NCBI GenBank assembly: GCA_965240325.2
Contig: OZ251230.1
Coordinates: 310,001 to 374,000, forward strand
Source: Rebecca billardiae RCC1528
Lineage: Eukaryota > Protista > Haptophyta
Direction: 5' to 3'
DNA: 64,000 bases
Translations under genes and position numbers: made by a program
Shown: piece by piece, positions 42,762-55,930 of the stretch
Position numbering within the stretch: position 1 is the stretch's first letter
How the letters are laid out: each line of letters opens with the position of its first letter
The notes under the pieces: generated by a model
Database searches by the model: none
Seen by the model: the letters and a program-made list of their open reading frames with translations, nothing else
Told to the model about the DNA's origin: nothing

Positions 42762-43224
42762 TGTGCGTATTTGATGCAGCTCAGCAGATGCGAACGCGCA
42801 GCGAGACAAGACGCGCGTCACCAGTCGTCGGACGGCGGACGCTCGTTGCCATCACATCGTATTGTCATCGTCGTCGATTGTTGCCGGCGATGCGCGGCTC
42901 TGCGCTGCCCATGATCGCTCGCACATCCGCCGCCGCCACTTGCGATGCATGAGGATGCATGCTGATGATGCCGGCCGGCCCGCAGCCGCAGGAGCCGCCT
43001 GGAGCCTGCCGGACTGCTCAGCGTTTGCCAGCTGACAGCACCCAGGCCCAGCGCGCGGGCCGTCGCGGTTCGCCCGCTCCGCCGCAGACCGCTGACCGGG
43101 GCTCCGTCGCTCTCGCCGCCCGCGGCGCTGCGCCCGTGCTCGGCCGCAGCCCACGCCCCGCTCCCCCGCCCCGCGCCCCGCCGCCCCTTCCCCCCTTGCC
43201 CGCCCGCCCGCGCTCGCCTCCGCC

Positions 43225-45781
43225 TCAGATGGCCTTCCTGTCGAGCACGCGGTCGTCGCTGCCCGCGGACACGTCCACCTTGAGCGGGTTGCGCTCCGCG
43301 CCAAACGAGATCAGCTTGTTGAGCGCGGAGACGTACGAGAGCGCGCTGGCCACGATGATGTCGGTGGACGTGCCGTGCCCCGTGTACGTGGGCAGCTTCT
43401 TGTCCTGCTCGGTGCGCATCACGTCCTGCGAGTCCTCCTCCTCGCCGCCCTCGGGCCTGGGCTGGATGTGCACCAGCACCCCGCCCAGCGCGTCCTTGCC
43501 GCCCGTCACCGCCTGCACGTTGTACTGCACCAGGTTGACCGGGCTGCGCACACGCGCGCACACGCGCACACGCGCACACGCGCACACACGCGCGCGGAGA
43601 GAGGCGGGCGCGCGGAAGCGGGCGGTGGTCGGCGGGGCGGCGCGGAGACGGCGGGCTTGGCGCGCGAGGCTCGCCGCGGCCGCGCGCTCGGCGGAGCCGC
43701 ACGCGCGGCGCGCGGCTCCGCCAAGGCACGCAGCGCGGCCGCGGTGCGCGCACATCTTGATGACCCGGTTGATGGCCTTGAACGTGGCCTCGACCGGGCC
43801 AGAGCCGATCGCCGCCTCGACGTGCTCGTTCCCGTCCGCGTCGATCAGCTGCACGGTCGAGGTCGCGCGCACGCGCTCCGCGCCCGGGTCGGTGCCTGCG
43901 GTGAGCTGCAGCGAGTGGAAGCGCCACGCCTCCTCCGCAGCCGGCATCGCCACGCGGTCGACCTGACGGCACGCGGCGCGCGCGCGGCGCGAGGGCGAGG
44001 GCGCCGGGCGCGCGGGGGCGGATGAGTCGCGGCACCCGGAGGGCCGAGGGCGGGGGGCGGAGGGCGCGCACCAGGATCGCCTCCATGTCGGCGTCGGTGA
44101 CCATCTTCTTCTGGTCTGCGATGGTCTTGAACTCGTGCACCAGCGAGCTGAGCTGCTCCTCGTCCGCCGCAATCTCCGCATAGCCCAGCTGCTCGAGCCG
44201 CTGCTTGAAGGCCGCCTTGCCCGAGTGCTTGCCCAGCACGAGCGCCGAGTCGGCGCCCACCGACTGCGGGGTCATGATCTCGTACGTCGCGGCGTGCTTG
44301 AGCACGCCGTGCTGGTGGATGCCCGCCTCGTGCGCGAAGGCGTTCGCGCCGACGATCGCCTTGTTGGGCTGCACGGGGATGCCTGTGCGTGCGCGCGCAC
44401 ACACGCAGAGGGGGGCGGCCGCGCGCGCCTCAGCGTGTCTCAGCGTGCGCGCGCGGGCCGGTGCCGCGGCGGCGCAGGCGCGCGCGCGGCGCCCCGCCTC
44501 CGGCGCCACGCGCTCGGCCGCCCCGCGCGGCGCGAGCGCCCCCTCCCCCGCGCGCCCGCCCACCCCGCGCGCGCCGCGCCCGCTGCCTTGCGCACCGGTG
44601 TAGAGGGCGACCATCTTGGAGGCGCGCACGATCTGCGTCGTGTCAATGTGGACGGTGAACGGGTAGTGCGCGGGGCGCGTGCGCACGGCCATCACGACCT
44701 CCTCGAGCGAGGTGTTGCCCGCGCGCTCGCCGAGCGAGTTGAGCGTCACCTCCACCTGCCGCGCGCCCGCCTGCATCGCCGCGAGCGTGTTGGCGGTCGC
44801 CAGCCCCAGGTCGTTGTGGCAGTGCGTCGACCAGACCACCTGCTTGCCGTACCGGCAGTGCGAGCGCAGGTGCGAGATGAGCGAGGCGTACTCGGAGGGG
44901 ACGGTGTACCCCACCGTGTCCGGGATGTTGAGCGTCGTCGCGCCCGCCTCGGCCACCGCGTCGCACAGCTCCACCAAGAAGTCCGGGTCCGAGCGCCCCG
45001 CGTCCTCGGGCGAGAACTCGATGTTGTCGCACATCGACTTGGCGTGCAACACCGCCGCGACCGCGCGCTCGATGCACTCGGTGCGCGAGATGTGCAGCTT
45101 GTGCTCGAGGTGGATGTCCGACGAGGCGAGGAACGTGTGGATCCGGCTGAGCGGCGCGTGCCGCACCGCGTCGTAGCACCGGTCGATGTCCTTCTTGTTG
45201 GCGCGCGCCAGCCCGGCGATCCGCATCGGCAGCCCGCTCGCGCGGTTCTCCACGATCGGCCCGATCTCCTTCGCGACGGCGGTGACGGCCTCAAAGTCGC
45301 CGTCCGAGGCGATCGGGAAGCCCGCCTCGCACACGTCCACGCCGAGCCGGCTGCGCGCACGCGGCGCCGCCGCGGCGCGCGCGTGAGCCGCTGTGCGAGC
45401 GCGCGCGCGCGCACGCGCTCGCGCATGGAGGCGCGGCGCCGCGCGTGCGCGCACGCGAGCTGTCGGGCGATGAGCAGCTTCTCCTTGAGCGAGAGCGTCG
45501 CTCCGGGCGACTGCTCACCATCGCGGAGCGTCGTGTCTGCGGCGCACGACGCGGCCGCGCGTGGCGCGCGCACACGTCGGCGTCGCGCGCGCCGCGAGCG
45601 CCTCGAGCGCGCGCGCTCGCCGCGCCGCGCGGCGCGGCGGCGCACCAAAGATGGTGATCTTGTCCGGCGCGGGCTCCGTGGAGAAGTGGCGCCGCAGCAT
45701 GGGAGCCGCGGCGGCCGCCGGCACTCCTCTCCTCGTCGCACTCGGCGCGTGACGCCACGCGCGCATGATGACGCGCGACAT
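43225..45781 (-). CDS. leuA: 2-isopropylmalate synthase with mitochondrial-type presequence; introns 45537..45645, 45351..45454, 44383..44595, 43963..44071, 43544..43753
   Basis: Spliced translation gives [53 protein letters not shown] and regulatory-domain [18 protein letters not shown]. Confidence 0.95.
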
Positions 45782-45970
45782 GCCTGCCTGCCTGCTGCCG
45801 CCGCTTGCAGCTGGGCCCGGCCACCGCCACACCCTCTCCCCAACTTGGCTGCTGATGAAAAATGCGATGGCGGCTGCCGCCGGCCGTCAATCAGGCAATT
45901 CGCGCATCAGTCCACGTGGCCGCGGTGCTCCGCAGTCCGGCCGCGAGCGTAGCCACATCGGTCGTGAAGC

Positions 45971-47520
45971 ATGGCGTCGGCGGGCCTGCGCGACGGCTCG
46001 GTCCCGCTCGGCGCGCGGCTCGAGCGGGCGGCGGAGCTTCTGGCGACCGGCGCGCTGCCCAACCGCGAGCGCCTCGTCTTCGACTGGCTCTGCGCCGAGC
46101 TGCGCCACGCGGGCAAGCCGCCCACGCCCACGCCGCGCGCGCCGGGCGGCTTGGCGCATGCGCACCCGGGCGCGTGGCGGCTGCTGAGCTCGCTGCTGGA
46201 CGACCCGCCCGTGCTCTCGCGGCTGCACGGCGCGGTGAGCGGCTCGACGCGGCTGCTCATGCTCGGCGCCAGCCGCGCGCTCGGCGACCCCGCCGCGCCG
46301 CCTCCGCCCGCGCCCGAGCTCATCCTCGCCGCGAACGGCGCGCTGGAGTCGCTGCTGGCGCGCTGCGCCGTCTCCTTCCGCCCGCCGGTCGACGCGCTCG
46401 TGGGGTACGCGGTGCGCGCGCTGGAGCTCGGGCGCGAGGCGCGGCTCGCCGCCGCGCACGCCGCCGCGCGCGCCGCCGAGCGCGCCGCGTGCACCGCGCT
46501 CGGCGCGCTGCTGAGGCTGTGCGCGCAGGCGGCGGCGCAGCGGCCCCTGTTTGTGTCGCTGGTCGGTCGGCTGCTCGCGCCGCTGCTCGGGCTGCTCGGC
46601 GAGGCGGCGGCGGCGGGCGGCGCGTCGGACGAGTGCGCGCTGCCGCCCGCGCTCGAGCGCGCCGTCGTCGCGCCGCGCTCGGCGCGCGCGGCGCCGCTTA
46701 GCGCGGCGCGGCCGCCCGCGCCGCAGCCCGCGCCGCCTGCGGCCGCCTCGCCGGCGCCGCCGCCGAGTCCCGGCGTGGGCGGCGTGGGCGCGGAGCTCGT
46801 GCAGCTGGCGCGCGCGCTGCTCGAGCTAGGGCTGTGCCACGACGACCACGCGCACGCGTACACGCTCGTCCTCGCGCCGGACGCCGCCGGGCCCGCCGCC
46901 GCCGCTCCGGCCGCCGCCGAGGCGTCCGACGCTGCCGCCACTGCCGCCACCGCCACGCCCGCGGCCGAGGGCGAGCGAGCGTCGAAGCGCGCGCGGCGCG
47001 CGGACGGCGCGCGCGGCGGCGCGCACGCGGACGGCGGCGCCGCCGCGCCGGTGTACGAGGCGCAGCTGCCGGACGCGCTGCGACGCGCCGCGGCCGCCGC
47101 GGCGGACAGCGCGCTGCGGCTGCCGAGCGCCGACGCGGCGGGCGCGACGGCTGCGGCCGAGGCGGCGGCGGGAGCGGAGGCGGAGGAGGCGTGGGCGCAG
47201 GGGCAGTTCGAGCGCTGCGCCGCCGCGTGCGCCGCCTCGCCGCTCGGCGGCTGCGCCGACCTCATCGCGTGCTTCACCGCGCTCGACGCGCGCGCGCGCG
47301 CCGCGGCGGCCGCGCGCCGCGCCGCTCGTGACGCGATGGGCGGCGGCGGCGGCGGCGGCGGCGGCGCGGCCGCCGCGCCCAAGCGGCGGCGGGCGGGCGC
47401 GAGCGCGGCGGGCGGGGCGACGGGCGCGGCGGGCGCGGAGCCCGCGCAGTCCTCGGCCGCGCACGGCGCGCTCGCGCTCGCGCTCACGCTGTGCGAGCAC
47501 ACGGCGGCGCGCGCGCTCGA

Positions 47521-47551
<31 letters not shown>

Positions 47552-49396
47552 CGCGGCGACCGCGGCGCGCGCGCCACCAGCCTCGCCGCGCACGCGCTGT
47601 GCGCCAGCGCGCTGCTCGCGGCGGCGCGCGCGCTCGCGTGCGCGCGGCACGGCGCGCGCCGCGCGTGGCACAGCGCGCCCACGCTGCTCGCGCACGGCGC
47701 CGCCGACGTCGTCGTCGCGGCCGGCGGCGGCGAGGGCGGCGCCGCCGCCGCGGCCACGCCGGCCACGCCGCTGCTGCCGCCGTGCGCCGCCTTCGAGCCC
47801 TTCGCGCCGGGCGCGCGCGCGCAGCTCGCGCGGCTCCGCGCGCACGCGCGCGCGATCGCCGCGGTCGCCGACGGCTGGGCGCGCGGCACCGGCGCGCGCG
47901 GCGGCGGCGGGTGCGGCGCGGCTCCGTGGTTGCCGCCGTGCGCGGCGCGCGCGCTCGCTAGCACGCTGTGCGCGCACGCGCACGCGCAGTCGCGGCTGCA
48001 CCCGTCACTGCTCGACGAGCACCTCGGCGCGTACTGCGCGCTGGTGGACGTGGGCGCGGTGTGCACCGCGGCGGGCGGAGCGGGCGGCGAAGCAGCGGGC
48101 GCGGAGCCGGACGTGACGAGTCCTCACGTGAGTACTCACGTGAGTACTGACGAGGGCGGCGAGGCGGTGGGCGGCCGTGCGCCGCGCGCGCCCGCCGCCG
48201 CCGAGCGCCCACCGCCGCGCCCGCCACCGCCCGCGGCGGGCGCGGCGGTGGCGCTCGGCGTCGAGCTGCTGCGCAACTTTGGCGCGCGCCGCCGGCTGCC
48301 GGAGCTCGTGGCCGCGCTGTGCGCCTCCGCGGCGCACAGCGCGGACGGCGCAGACGGCGACGCGGCCGACGCGGCGGCGCCCGGTGCGGCCGGCGGCCTG
48401 CAGGGCGCCGCCGCCGCCGCCGCCGCCGCCGCGGTGGAGAGCGAGCGCCTGTGGCCGTGCGGCTTCGGCTGGCTGCCAGCCGCGCTGACCGACGAGCTGC
48501 GCGCAGCGCCTCGCGCGCAGGTGGGCCCGCTGTGCGCGCACGCCGCGAGCGCGCTGCGTGCGGCGAACGCGCGCGCGGCGCTCGCTCTGGGGGGCGCGGA
48601 CGGCGGCGGGGACGGCGGCGGGGAGGCGCGTGGTGCGGAGGCGCATGCCGCGCTGTGCGCGTGCGCGCGCGTCGGCTTCATCGCCGCCGCGCTCGCCGAC
48701 GCCGCGCCGCTCGACGCGACGAACGCCGCCGCCGTCCGCCGCGCCGCCACCGAGCTGATGACCGCCCAGGCAGCCGCGGTGTGCGCGCTGGCGGGCTGGC
48801 TGCTCGGAGGCGGCGGGGGCGGGGCGGAGGCGGCGGCGGCGGCGGGGCCGGCGGAGGCAGCGGGCGGCTCGCGCCGCAAGCCGCGCCGCGCCGCGCACTC
48901 GCCCGCCGCGCGCGCGCGCGCGCGCTTGGACGCGTGCGCAGCCGCGCTCACGGCCGCGCTGCAGGCGTGGCGCGCGGCTCACGACTTGCGCGCAGCAGCC
49001 GATGCGATGGCGCCGCCGGCTGCGGTGCCGCGCGCAGGCGGCGGCGGCGCGGTGCCGCGCGGGGCGGCGCGCGCCCTCGTGCCGGACGCGGCGCTCGACG
49101 ACGCCCGCGCCGAGCTCTGGCCTGACGGGGCGGCGGTGGCGGCGGTGTGGGCGGCGGTGGCGGCGGACGCACCGCGCGACGGCGCACGCGGCGCGCGCTT
49201 GCATCGGCCGCCGTGCTCGGCTGCGCTGGCCGTCTCGTGCGTGCAGCTCGCCGCGCGGCGCGCGCACGCGGCGGACGTGGGCGCGGCGTGGGCGGCGGAT
49301 GTGGGCGCGCCGCCGCCGGAGGCCCCGCGCGCCGCCGCGCTGCTCGCACGCGCCGTGCTCGCGCCTGCCGCACTCGGGCTGGCGCGCGCGGCGGCG

Positions 49397-49452
<56 letters not shown>

Positions 49453-50644
49453 CTGGGAGTGCCGGCCGGTCGCGTGGCGGCGTGTCGTGCTCAGCATGCC
49501 GGCGGACGGCGGCGGTGGCGGGCCCTCGGCGCTGTCCGCGCTCGCGTGCGCCGACGCCGCGCTGTCGAGCGTGCGGCGCTGGGCGGCGCAGCTGCCGCCA
49601 CCGCCTCCGCCATCGGCCGAGCGCGCCGCGGCCGTTGGCGGCCATCACGACTCGAGTGTGCTGCGGCGCGTTGCGCGCGCGCTGTGCGAGGCCGCGACCG
49701 CCGAGCGCGCGCCGCCCGCCGGCGATGCCGACGAGGACGACGACGCCGCTGCCGCGTGGGCCGCCGCCCACGCCGACGGCGGCGCGCCCGAGCGCCGCGG
49801 CTGCGCGGCCGTGGACGCGCGCGCCGTCGCCCTGCAGGTGCTGGGCTGCGCGCCCAACATGAGGGGCGCACGCGCGGGCGGAGCGGGCGGCGGCGCGGGC
49901 GGTGGCGCGGGCGCGCCGAGCGCGCTCGCGCGAGCGCTGCCGCCCGCGCTGCTCGCGTGCGTCGGCGCGCGCGTCGGCGCCGCGCTCGCGCCCGCCGCCG
50001 ACGGCGGCGCCGCCGCGCGGCAAGCGGCGGGCGCGGGCGCGGCCGCGCTGGCGCGCGCGTACGCGCGCGCGCTCGCGCGCGCCGACGGCTGCGACGGCGG
50101 CGGCGGGGCGGGGGCGCAGCCGGCAGCCGGCGCGCCGCCAGCAGACGCCGCGCGCGCGGCACGCGACGCCCTGCGCGCGCGCGCCGAGCTGCTGCTCGCC
50201 GGGCTCGCGCAGCCCGCCCGTGCGCGCGCCCGCGCCGGGGGCGCCGCGCGGACCGAGGCGGCGGCGGCGCCGGCGCCGGCCACGCGGCGCTCGCGCGCCG
50301 CCGACGCCGACGCCGACGACGCCGATGCCGACGCCGACGGCGGCGGCGGCGGTGCGCTGGGGCGCGCGAGCGCGGCGGCGCTCGCGCGCGCGCTCGGCGG
50401 CGCGCCCGCGCTTGCGGCCGCGCGGCTGCTCGTGCGCGCGTGCGCACAGATTGAGGCGCCGACGCCGACGGCGCGCGGCGCGGCGCGCGCGGCGGCGCGT
50501 GCGGGCGCGTTAGCGGCTGCACCCGACGTCGCGCCCGCACGCGCCGCGGAGCACTCGGCGGGTGCGGCGGATGCGGTGGCGCACTGCGCCGCGCTTGCCG
50601 CGCTCGCGTGCGCCGCCCACGCCGCGCTCGCGCGCACGCCCGCG

Positions 50645-50681
<37 letters not shown>

Positions 50682-53035
50682 GAGCGCGCGCCGCGCGCGT
50701 GTGGACGCGCGCGCTTGCTCAGCTCGCGTGCGCGCTGCCGAGCGCGAGCGCGGCCGCGCTTGGCGAGGCCGCCACGGCGGCGTGGGCGCGCGCGGCGATG
50801 GCGCACGGCTCGCTCGCGACGGATGAGGCAGCGGCCGCTCTCGCCTGGGTGGGCGGGCGCGCGCTCGGCAGCGCAGCCGCCCCCGGCCGCGCGGGCGGCG
50901 CGGGCGGCGCCGCTCCGAGCGCCGCTGGCCGCGCCGAGGCCGACGGCGGCGGCGACGACGACGACGACGCGGGCGCCCAGGCCGGGGCGGCGGAGATCGC
51001 GCGCGGCGCGCTCGGTGGGCTGCGCGCGTGCGCGCCGGGCCAGCCGCGCCGCGCGCGCGCCCTCGCGGTGTGCGCCGCCGTGCTCGATGGCGCAGCGGAC
51101 GGCGTGGCCGCGGCCGCGGCGGCTGGCGACGGCGCGGCCGCGGCCACGGCGCGCGCGCGCTCGAGCTGCGACCTTCTTGCGTCCGAGCTGGCGGCGGCGG
51201 CGCTCGCCGAGGTGGAGGCGGCGGAGCGCGGCGTCGGCGGCAGTGCGGCACCGGCGCAGCGCCGCGCCGCGCTGCTGCACGCTGGCGCGGCCGCGCTGCG
51301 CGCACTCGCCCAGGGCTGGCTGGGCCCACCCGCTGCGGCCGCGCCGCGCGACGCCGCGGCCGCGAGCGACCACGGCGGCGCGGACGGCGGCGCGGACGGC
51401 GCCGAGCGCGCCCTCGCCCGCGCCATCCCCCGGCTGCTGGACGTGGCGCAGGCTGAGCTCGGCGCCGAGCTTGCCACGCTCGCGCCAGCGCCGGGCGCCG
51501 AGCGCGCCGCGGCTGCGGACGGCGCGGCTGCGGCGGGCGGCGCAGACCGGTGCGGCGCGGAAGGTGCGGCGCTCAGCCTCTGGCTCCAGCTGTGCGCTGC
51601 GCTGCCGCACGTGCGGCCGCCGCCGCCGCCGCGCGTGTGCGTGCAGCTGCTGAGCACGCCGCTGCAGCTGCTCGCGCGCACGCACGCGGCCGCCGACGAG
51701 GGCGCCGACGGCGCCGCCGACGCGGCCGGCGGCACGCAAGACGCGCGCGCGCGCGGAGGGCTCGGCGCGCCACCGCCTGCGGAGGCGCGCGGCGCGCTGG
51801 CGGCCGGCCCGGCGCGCTGGTGGGCGCAGCACGCGGCGGCGGGGCCTGGCGACGAGCCCGCCTCGCCGGGCGGCGCTCGCGACGTCCAACACCGCGCCGC
51901 GCACGCGGCGCGCGCGCACGCGCTGCGGCGGGGCGCGCGGCTGTGCGTGCAGGCGCTGCTCGCGCCGCCGCCCGCTGCGCCCGCGGCCGCGGGCGCGCGC
52001 GAGGCCGGCGGCGGCGCCGCCGATGGCGCCGACGACCCTCGGGGCGGGGCGGCGGCCGCCACGCTCGCGGCCGCGCCGCACGCCGCGGGCCTGCCCGGGC
52101 CGCTCTTCGGCGCGTGCGTGCGCGCGCTGCTCGGCGCGTGCGAGACGCTGGCCGCGCGCTGCGCCGACGCGCGCGCCGAGCCGGCCGCGCGCGCCGCGCG
52201 CGCCGACGCCGACGGCGCGGGCGGCGCGTCGGCCTCAGGCGCTCGCGCGCGCGCGGCGTGTGCGGCGGCGGGCAGCGCGGGCTCGGAGGCGGAGGCGTGC
52301 CTCGGCGCGTGCCTCGATGCGCTCGCGCTCTGCGCCGCCGCGCGCTCGCGCTCGCACCTCGACGAGCTCTCCGACGCGCGCGGCGCGGCGTGCGCGGCGC
52401 TGCTGCACGCGTGCGCGGGCGCTCAGAGCGGCCGCGCACTGTGCGCCGCGGCGTGGGCCGCGCACGCGCTCGCGTCGAACGGCGGGCTGGCGCTGAGCAC
52501 AGAGGACGCGACGACGCTCGTGCACGCGCTCGTCGCGTGCATGGAGCGCGCGCTCTCGCGCGCGCGCCCCCTCGCCCCCGCCGCGGCCGCGGCCGCCGTG
52601 CTGAGCGCCGGCCGCGCGGCGGAGGTGCTCGCGCGCGCGAGGGCGCCCGCGCTGCGGCACTGCGGCGCCGCGGTGCTGTCGCTCTGGCAGGCGGCGCTGC
52701 GCCCGCTGCTGCTGCCGCCGCGCCTGCCGCACGGCGCGACGCTCGACGCGGCGCGCTCGCTCGCCCGCCTCTACCAGCTCGCCGCGCGCGAGCGCGCCGC
52801 CTTCCGCCGCCACGGCGCGTACGCGCTCGCCGAGTACGTGAGCGCGCGCGCGCGCGGACTGCTGTGCGCGGGCGTGGAGGAGGAGCTGCTGCCGGGCGTG
52901 CACGCGCTCATCTCGGCGTGCGACGAGCCGCAGCTCAACCACCTGTTCGGCGCGCTCGACGATGCCGGCCGCGACGCGTTCCGCGAGGCGCACGAGGCGT
53001 ACAAGCGCGAGTTCAGGTTTGGCGGCACCGTCTGA
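45971..53035 (+). CDS. URB2: Nucleolar pre-ribosomal protein URB2/Npa2, extremely Ala/Gly-rich
   Basis: N-terminal LPNRERLVFDWL; C-terminal Urb2-type block AFRRHGAYALAEYV...LLPGVHALISACD...LDDAGRDAFREAHEAYKREFRFGG. Confidence 0.8.
49398..49450 (+). repeat. (GGC)n polyglycine tract
   Basis: Seen directly. Confidence 0.9.
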
Positions 53036-53464
53036 TGCCGCGCAGCCCAGACCCCAGCGCAGCTGCTAGGAGGAGAGGAGGAGTCAGGAGGAGCCGGACG
53101 ACTGCGCGCGTGCTCAGCTCGATCTGACAGCTGGCTGCTGCTGCCTGCTGCTGCTGCTGGCGACGACGCGCGGCGATGAGTCTCAGTCTGACCATATATG
53201 TCGTCATATCGTCATATATATATGCATGCGCATATGCTGTATCGTCGTCACGCGAGACCCGCGATGACGACGAGTCATGTCAAGCAGGCTAGATACAGCT
53301 GCCAGTGAACAAGCCAGTGCGCTCCGTGTGATCGTCCGGCCGTGTCCGCCGCCGATGAGCCCAACGACGACGTGAGTGACGCGCGGTGATGGCGGATGGT
53401 GATGCCGGTACTGTGGCGGCGACGGCGGCGCCAGTGCCCCAGCCGCCTGCGCCGCCTTTGGCGC

Positions 53465-54268
53465 TCAGTCGAACTGGAAGCCGCCGTTCATGTCGACAAT
53501 CTCGCCGGTGATGAAGGCGGCGAGCGGTGAGACGAGGAAGCGCACCGTGTGCGCCACCTCCTCGGGCTGGCAGAAGCGGCGGACGGGGATGGCGGCGAGG
53601 CGGTCTCGGCGCTGCTCGTCGCTGAGCTGCTCGGTGACCATCTTGCTCATCACGTACGCCGGCGCGATGCCGTTGCACGTCACCCCGTCCGCGGCGGCTT
53701 CGCGCGCGACCGTGAACGTGAGCCCAACCAGCCCGCCCTTTGAGCTCGAGTACGCGGTGCCGGAGGTCATGCCGCCCGACTTCCACGCGTACGAGATGAT
53801 GTTGACGATGCGGCCCCACTGCTTCCGCCGCATCGCCGGCAGCACCGCCTGCGACAGGTAGAAGGGCCCGTCCAGGTTCACCTGGTGGATGCGCCGCCAC
53901 TCCTCGGCCGACGTGTCGAGCAGCTTGTTGTTCGAGAGGATGCCCGCGACGTTGACGAGGACGTCGACGTCGCCGAGCCGCGCGGAGACGTCGGCGACAC
54001 CGCGCTTGACCGCGTCGGCGTCGCCCACGTTGAGCGCGAGGCCCATGTGCGGGCCGCCCGACAGCGAGCTCGCGAGCGCGCTCGACTTTTCAGGGTCGAG
54101 ATCGACCACGGCGACGCGCAAGCCGTCGTCCGCGAGGAAGCGGCAGATGGCCGTGCCGATCGCGCCGGTGCCACCCGTCACGAACGCCACCTTGCCCTGC
54201 AAGCCCTCGCTCCCCGCGAGGCGCGTGTCGCCGGCAGGTGCGGGCGCGGCAGCGTGCGGCGACGACAT
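53465..54268 (-). CDS. Classical SDR (FabG/PhaB-like 3-oxoacyl reductase)
   Basis: TGGTGAIG, LVNVAGI, YSSSK, ITGEIVDMNGG. Confidence 0.9.
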   Translation of the reverse strand: MSSPHAAAPAPAGDTRLAGSEGLQGKVAFVTGGTGAIGTAICRFLADDGLRVAVVDLDPEKSSALASSLSGGPHMGLALNVGDADAVKRGVADVSARLGDVDVLVNVAGILSNNKLLDTSAEEWRRIHQVNLDGPFYLSQAVLPAMRRKQWGRIVNIISYAWKSGGMTSGTAYSSSKGGLVGLTFTVAREAAADGVTCNGIAPAYVMSKMVTEQLSDEQRRDRLAAIPVRRFCQPEEVAHTVRFLVSPLAAFITGEIVDMNGGFQFD

Positions 54269-54469
54269 CGGCGCGGCGTGCAGCGTAGTAGGATCGACGC
54301 GGGCGTGAGCCGGGCCGCGGCCGCGTCGCCGAGGCCGCAAGACGAACCTACACCGGTCAAGCTCAAAGCGGTCGCTCGGAACCGTCCGTAACCGTTCGAT
54401 CGCTGATTTCAGGCTGCGCGGGCCAGCCCCCGGAAAACCCATCATCACGTCCTGGGTCGAGGGCGAGTC

Positions 54470-54961
54470 TCATCCGCTTGGGTCCGCCTCGGTCTCGTCG
54501 GCGGGGCGCTTGTCGCCCACAGCCGGCTTGGGTGCGGCAATGTAAACCACGACCTTGCCCGTCAGCACCTCGCGCGCCTCTGCGTCACCCCCTGCTGCCG
54601 ACGCACCGGTGTCTGTCGCCGTCACGCGCACGTCCAGCTTGACGACCGGCTTGGACTCGTGCTTCCATGTGATCGTGCCGTGGGCCACCAGCTCGTCACC
54701 CACGCACGCGGGTGCCACGTACTTGAGCTCCTGCTCGAGAAAGACTGCGCCGGCTGCGAGCTTCTCCGCCACGAGCGCGTTCAGCGTGCCGGCAGTGATG
54801 CCGCCGTGCACAATGAGCTTGCCGAATCGAGAGCGGGCGGCGAAGTCCTCGTCGAAGTGGAGGGGGTTGCGATCACCCGTGATGTCCGCGTAGGCACGGA
54901 CATGCTCGGCCGTCACGACGCGGCGCCATTCGAGCTGTGCGCCCACCTCGAGTGACGTCAT
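54470..54961 (-). CDS. MaoC-like hotdog dehydratase ((R)-specific enoyl-CoA hydratase / HTD2-like)
   Basis: Hydratase-2 motif YADITGDRNPLHFDEDFA...IVHG. Confidence 0.9.
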   Translation of the reverse strand: MTSLEVGAQLEWRRVVTAEHVRAYADITGDRNPLHFDEDFAARSRFGKLIVHGGITAGTLNALVAEKLAAGAVFLEQELKYVAPACVGDELVAHGTITWKHESKPVVKLDVRVTATDTGASAAGGDAEAREVLTGKVVVYIAAPKPAVGDKRPADETEADPSG

Positions 54962-55095
54962 CGATTCAGCCTGCGCGACGCCTAGGCCACGAGAGCGCGG
55001 CCGGACTGCCCGCGCGAGGGTGCATGATCAAGAATCGGCATCAAGAATCCATGGCGGCCGTCCCGAAGGCGGACTTGCTCGCGGCTTGAGCGTCC

Positions 55096-55758
55096 ATGGC
55101 GGCCCTCCGCGCGCGCGTGCTGCAAGGCTGTGTCGTGGGTCGCAGCCGCTCCGACGCCATCGTCACGTCGGCGAATCCTCACCTCGCCGGCAACGCAAAT
55201 GGCGCGCACTGGAGATTCGCCGGACGGCGCAACGTGGACGGCGCCGTGCGTGCAGCTGCTGGCCCTGCGCTGGCAGAGGCTGCGGCTGCGCTCGGCGGTA
55301 AGCCCCCCCCTGTGCAGAGCGTCGTGCACACGCCTCCGGGTGCCCTCGACGCGGCACATGTGCTGCACGCCATCGTGCCGGACAGGCTGTACGGCCACGG
55401 TGACGCGCACCCAGAGGAGCTGCAGGCGTGCTACTCCAACGTCTTCCGGCTCAGCAATGAGCTCGGGTGCGCCTCTGTGCGGCTGCCGGCTCTCGGCTGC
55501 GGAGTGCGCGGATGGCCGGCGGCACTCAGCGCAAAGCTGGCATTCGCAGCGCTCGCTGACTTTGCGCGGGCCACGTCGCCAGCCGCAGCTCGGCTGGAGC
55601 GCGTGGACTTTGTTCTCCTCGATGAGGCCGCCTGGCGCGCATGGGCCAAGATGGCGACGATGCGCACGGCACACCCGCGCGTCCTGGACCAGTACGGTCA
55701 TGGCGCGGACAGTGCCACCACGCTGAGCCTGAGCATCGAGATCGTGCATGATGCCTAG
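55096..55758 (+). CDS. Macrodomain protein (MacroD/YmdB-like ADP-ribose hydrolase)
   Basis: DAIVTSANPHL, VDGAVRAAAGPAL, VLHAIVP, LPALGCGVRGWP. Confidence 0.88.
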   Translation: MAALRARVLQGCVVGRSRSDAIVTSANPHLAGNANGAHWRFAGRRNVDGAVRAAAGPALAEAAAALGGKPPPVQSVVHTPPGALDAAHVLHAIVPDRLYGHGDAHPEELQACYSNVFRLSNELGCASVRLPALGCGVRGWPAALSAKLAFAALADFARATSPAAARLERVDFVLLDEAAWRAWAKMATMRTAHPRVLDQYGHGADSATTLSLSIEIVHDA

Positions 55759-55930
55759 CAACGCGACTCGGGGACCTCGAAGTGGCGTCTTCACACAGAG
55801 TTCACTAGCTACTGCCGCCTACTGCGCGACGACCATTCGGTCAGACGAAGTTACGAGTGACGAGTCAGAATCGTCTAGCAGTAGCTTAGCAGCAGAAGTA
55901 GCAGAATAGCTAGTACTATACAATCATTAT

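Noticed and set aside
42818-45454. 878-aa ORF as a leuA fusion protein
   Set aside because: Read-through of stop-free GC-rich introns; splicing gives a normal enzyme.
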